Positions 62,636 to 64,000 of a stretch of DNA of 64,000 nucleotides are shown one piece after another. The translations under genes and the position numbers were made by a program. Numbering within the stretch: position 1 is the first letter of the stretch; each line of letters starts with the position of its first letter. The notes under the pieces were generated by a model. That model worked only from the letters and a program-made list of their open reading frames with translations. It was not told the origin of the DNA and ran no database searches. Source of the stretch: Schmidtea polychroa (taxonomy: Eukaryota). The stretch lies in contig CM097886.1 of NCBI GenBank assembly GCA_044892525.1, positions 175,696,312 through 175,760,311 on the forward strand, in the 5' to 3' direction.

Positions 62636-62968
62636 CAGGGCTTCTCAAAGTGTGCTCCGCGGAGCCCTGGGGATCCGCGAGCTAACTCAAAGGGCTCCAT
62701 GGATCCCATAATCAAATTTGAAATAAAAATTATAAATTTAAATCACCTAAAAATTAACTTATAATTATTATTAATTCATTTATCAAATTAATTTGTTATT
62801 TTGAAATATTCAGATTTACTTAATTTAAATTAAAAATATTTGTATCTCTTAACTCAACATAGTGCGCTACGCCTACTACATGGTTTCTCAAAGTGTGCTC
62901 CGCGGAGCCCTGGGGATCAGCGAGTTAACTCAAAGGGTTCCACAGCCCAAAAAGTTTGAGAACCGCTG
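62636..62968. mobile_element. hAT (Charlie/Buster-like) MITE with an internal direct repeat of about 57 bp
   Basis: CAGGGCTTCTCAAA ... TTTGAGAACCGCTG (12/14); flanks atctagat / atctaaat; TTCTCAAAGTGTGCTCCGCGGAGCCCTGGGGATC occurs twice. Confidence 0.85.
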
Positions 62969-64000
62969 ATCTAAATAATAAAAACTTATAGTCAATAGTT
63001 TCTACATTATTACCATTGAGCTGAACTATTTTTAACCTTTTTAGAGCCAATTTTATATTTCTATTTTGCTCTTTACACATGTAATTATACGTTATAATAT
63101 GTTTTTGCGTAGTAACATTGTCGCAACGGTTTCATCTCAAACATACATAAATGCTTCATTATCGTGAAAATTACATATTTCGCTTGTAATATGCAATTGA
63201 AACTTGTAACTTTGGATAAGGAAGAGTTTTTGGAAATCAAAAAATAAAGCGAAATTCAGCTTATTTTAGATGAGCTTCATGTTCTTCGCTAAGTTTTTCT
63301 TTTTCTTCGATGCTATCGAATGATTTAATATTCACTATTTACATTTAATAATATAAAAGTCAAACATTTTTTAATATTGTATTCAGTGTAGATGTATTTT
63401 CTATCTAGATTATTGTATAATTGTTTTGATGACTTGAAAAATTTTGAAAATATGTTTTTACAGCATCAATTTCCACTGGATTGGTTTGTCTCTAGATCCA
63501 TTAATATGGCCAAGTAAATCTATGCCAATTTCATCTTTACGAAAATCACGGTTCAGACATCCCAATTTATATTATAAGTATTTCATAAAATTTCTTTGCA
63601 TACGCCATGCTTTTTTCATATGAATTCACAATTCTTCCTTTTCTCACGACCTATGAGCCGTATTTCTATAAATAAAATCTTCGATATTGTATAATAACTC
63701 AAAATAATTAAATTATTTATAACAGGTTTGCTTTCAGAAGTGTTGTTATTGTCTCACATGTTACATAAACAATATTTATAATATTAAATCTAATGTTCTT
63801 ATCAAAATATCGGAAGTTGTACACTTATAATAACAATTAAACTGTAAGAATAATTTCACTAATAAGTACGTTAGAAAAGCAAAAAAAGCAACAACAACTA
63901 GGTACTCATACCGCCAACTTTGCTTTAATCCAACTTACATCACTAGCAAAATAAATATTTGCATACTCTGGTAAGTAGAAAAACTTTAACTACCCTAATA

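Noticed and set aside
63400-63560. Minus-strand EIDAVKTYFQNFSSHQNNY fragment resembling a DNA-transposon-associated motif
   Set aside because: Short and frameshifted; the similarity is only from memory and no termini were found.

Overview
AT-rich eukaryotic (metazoan) genomic DNA; no prokaryotic operons, rRNA, tRNA or CRISPR array were seen. Almost the whole window is one minus-strand, intron-containing gene for a giant plakin/spectraplakin (dystonin/MACF1/Shot/VAB-10 family). I rebuilt 21 exons by hand from GT-AG junctions with matching phases. One donor (near 47357) is hidden in an N gap. The order is CH1 (C-terminal half) - CH2 - plakin domain with spectrin repeats and SH3 - short rod - a 4,017-bp plectin-repeat exon - a giant exon of at least 31,080 bp that runs off the window start. 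The giant exon is absent from the ORF track because its frame has no stop inside the window. It holds 102 complete, indel-free 297-bp tandem units plus a partial unit, each encoding a 99-aa module of short plectin-like repeats and a charged linker. The visible coding length is about 12,900 codons. The + strand 1675/289/8401-aa ORFs are antisense shadows of this exon. Candidate alternative first exons lie between and within the CH exons, including one encoding a transmembrane helix. The larger introns hold many DNA-transposon MITEs (hAT, Tc1/mariner, piggyBac), a long inverted repeat and two transposase relics. There are four N gaps. A free-living flatworm-like host is only a guess from the 46-61-bp introns and the AT content.
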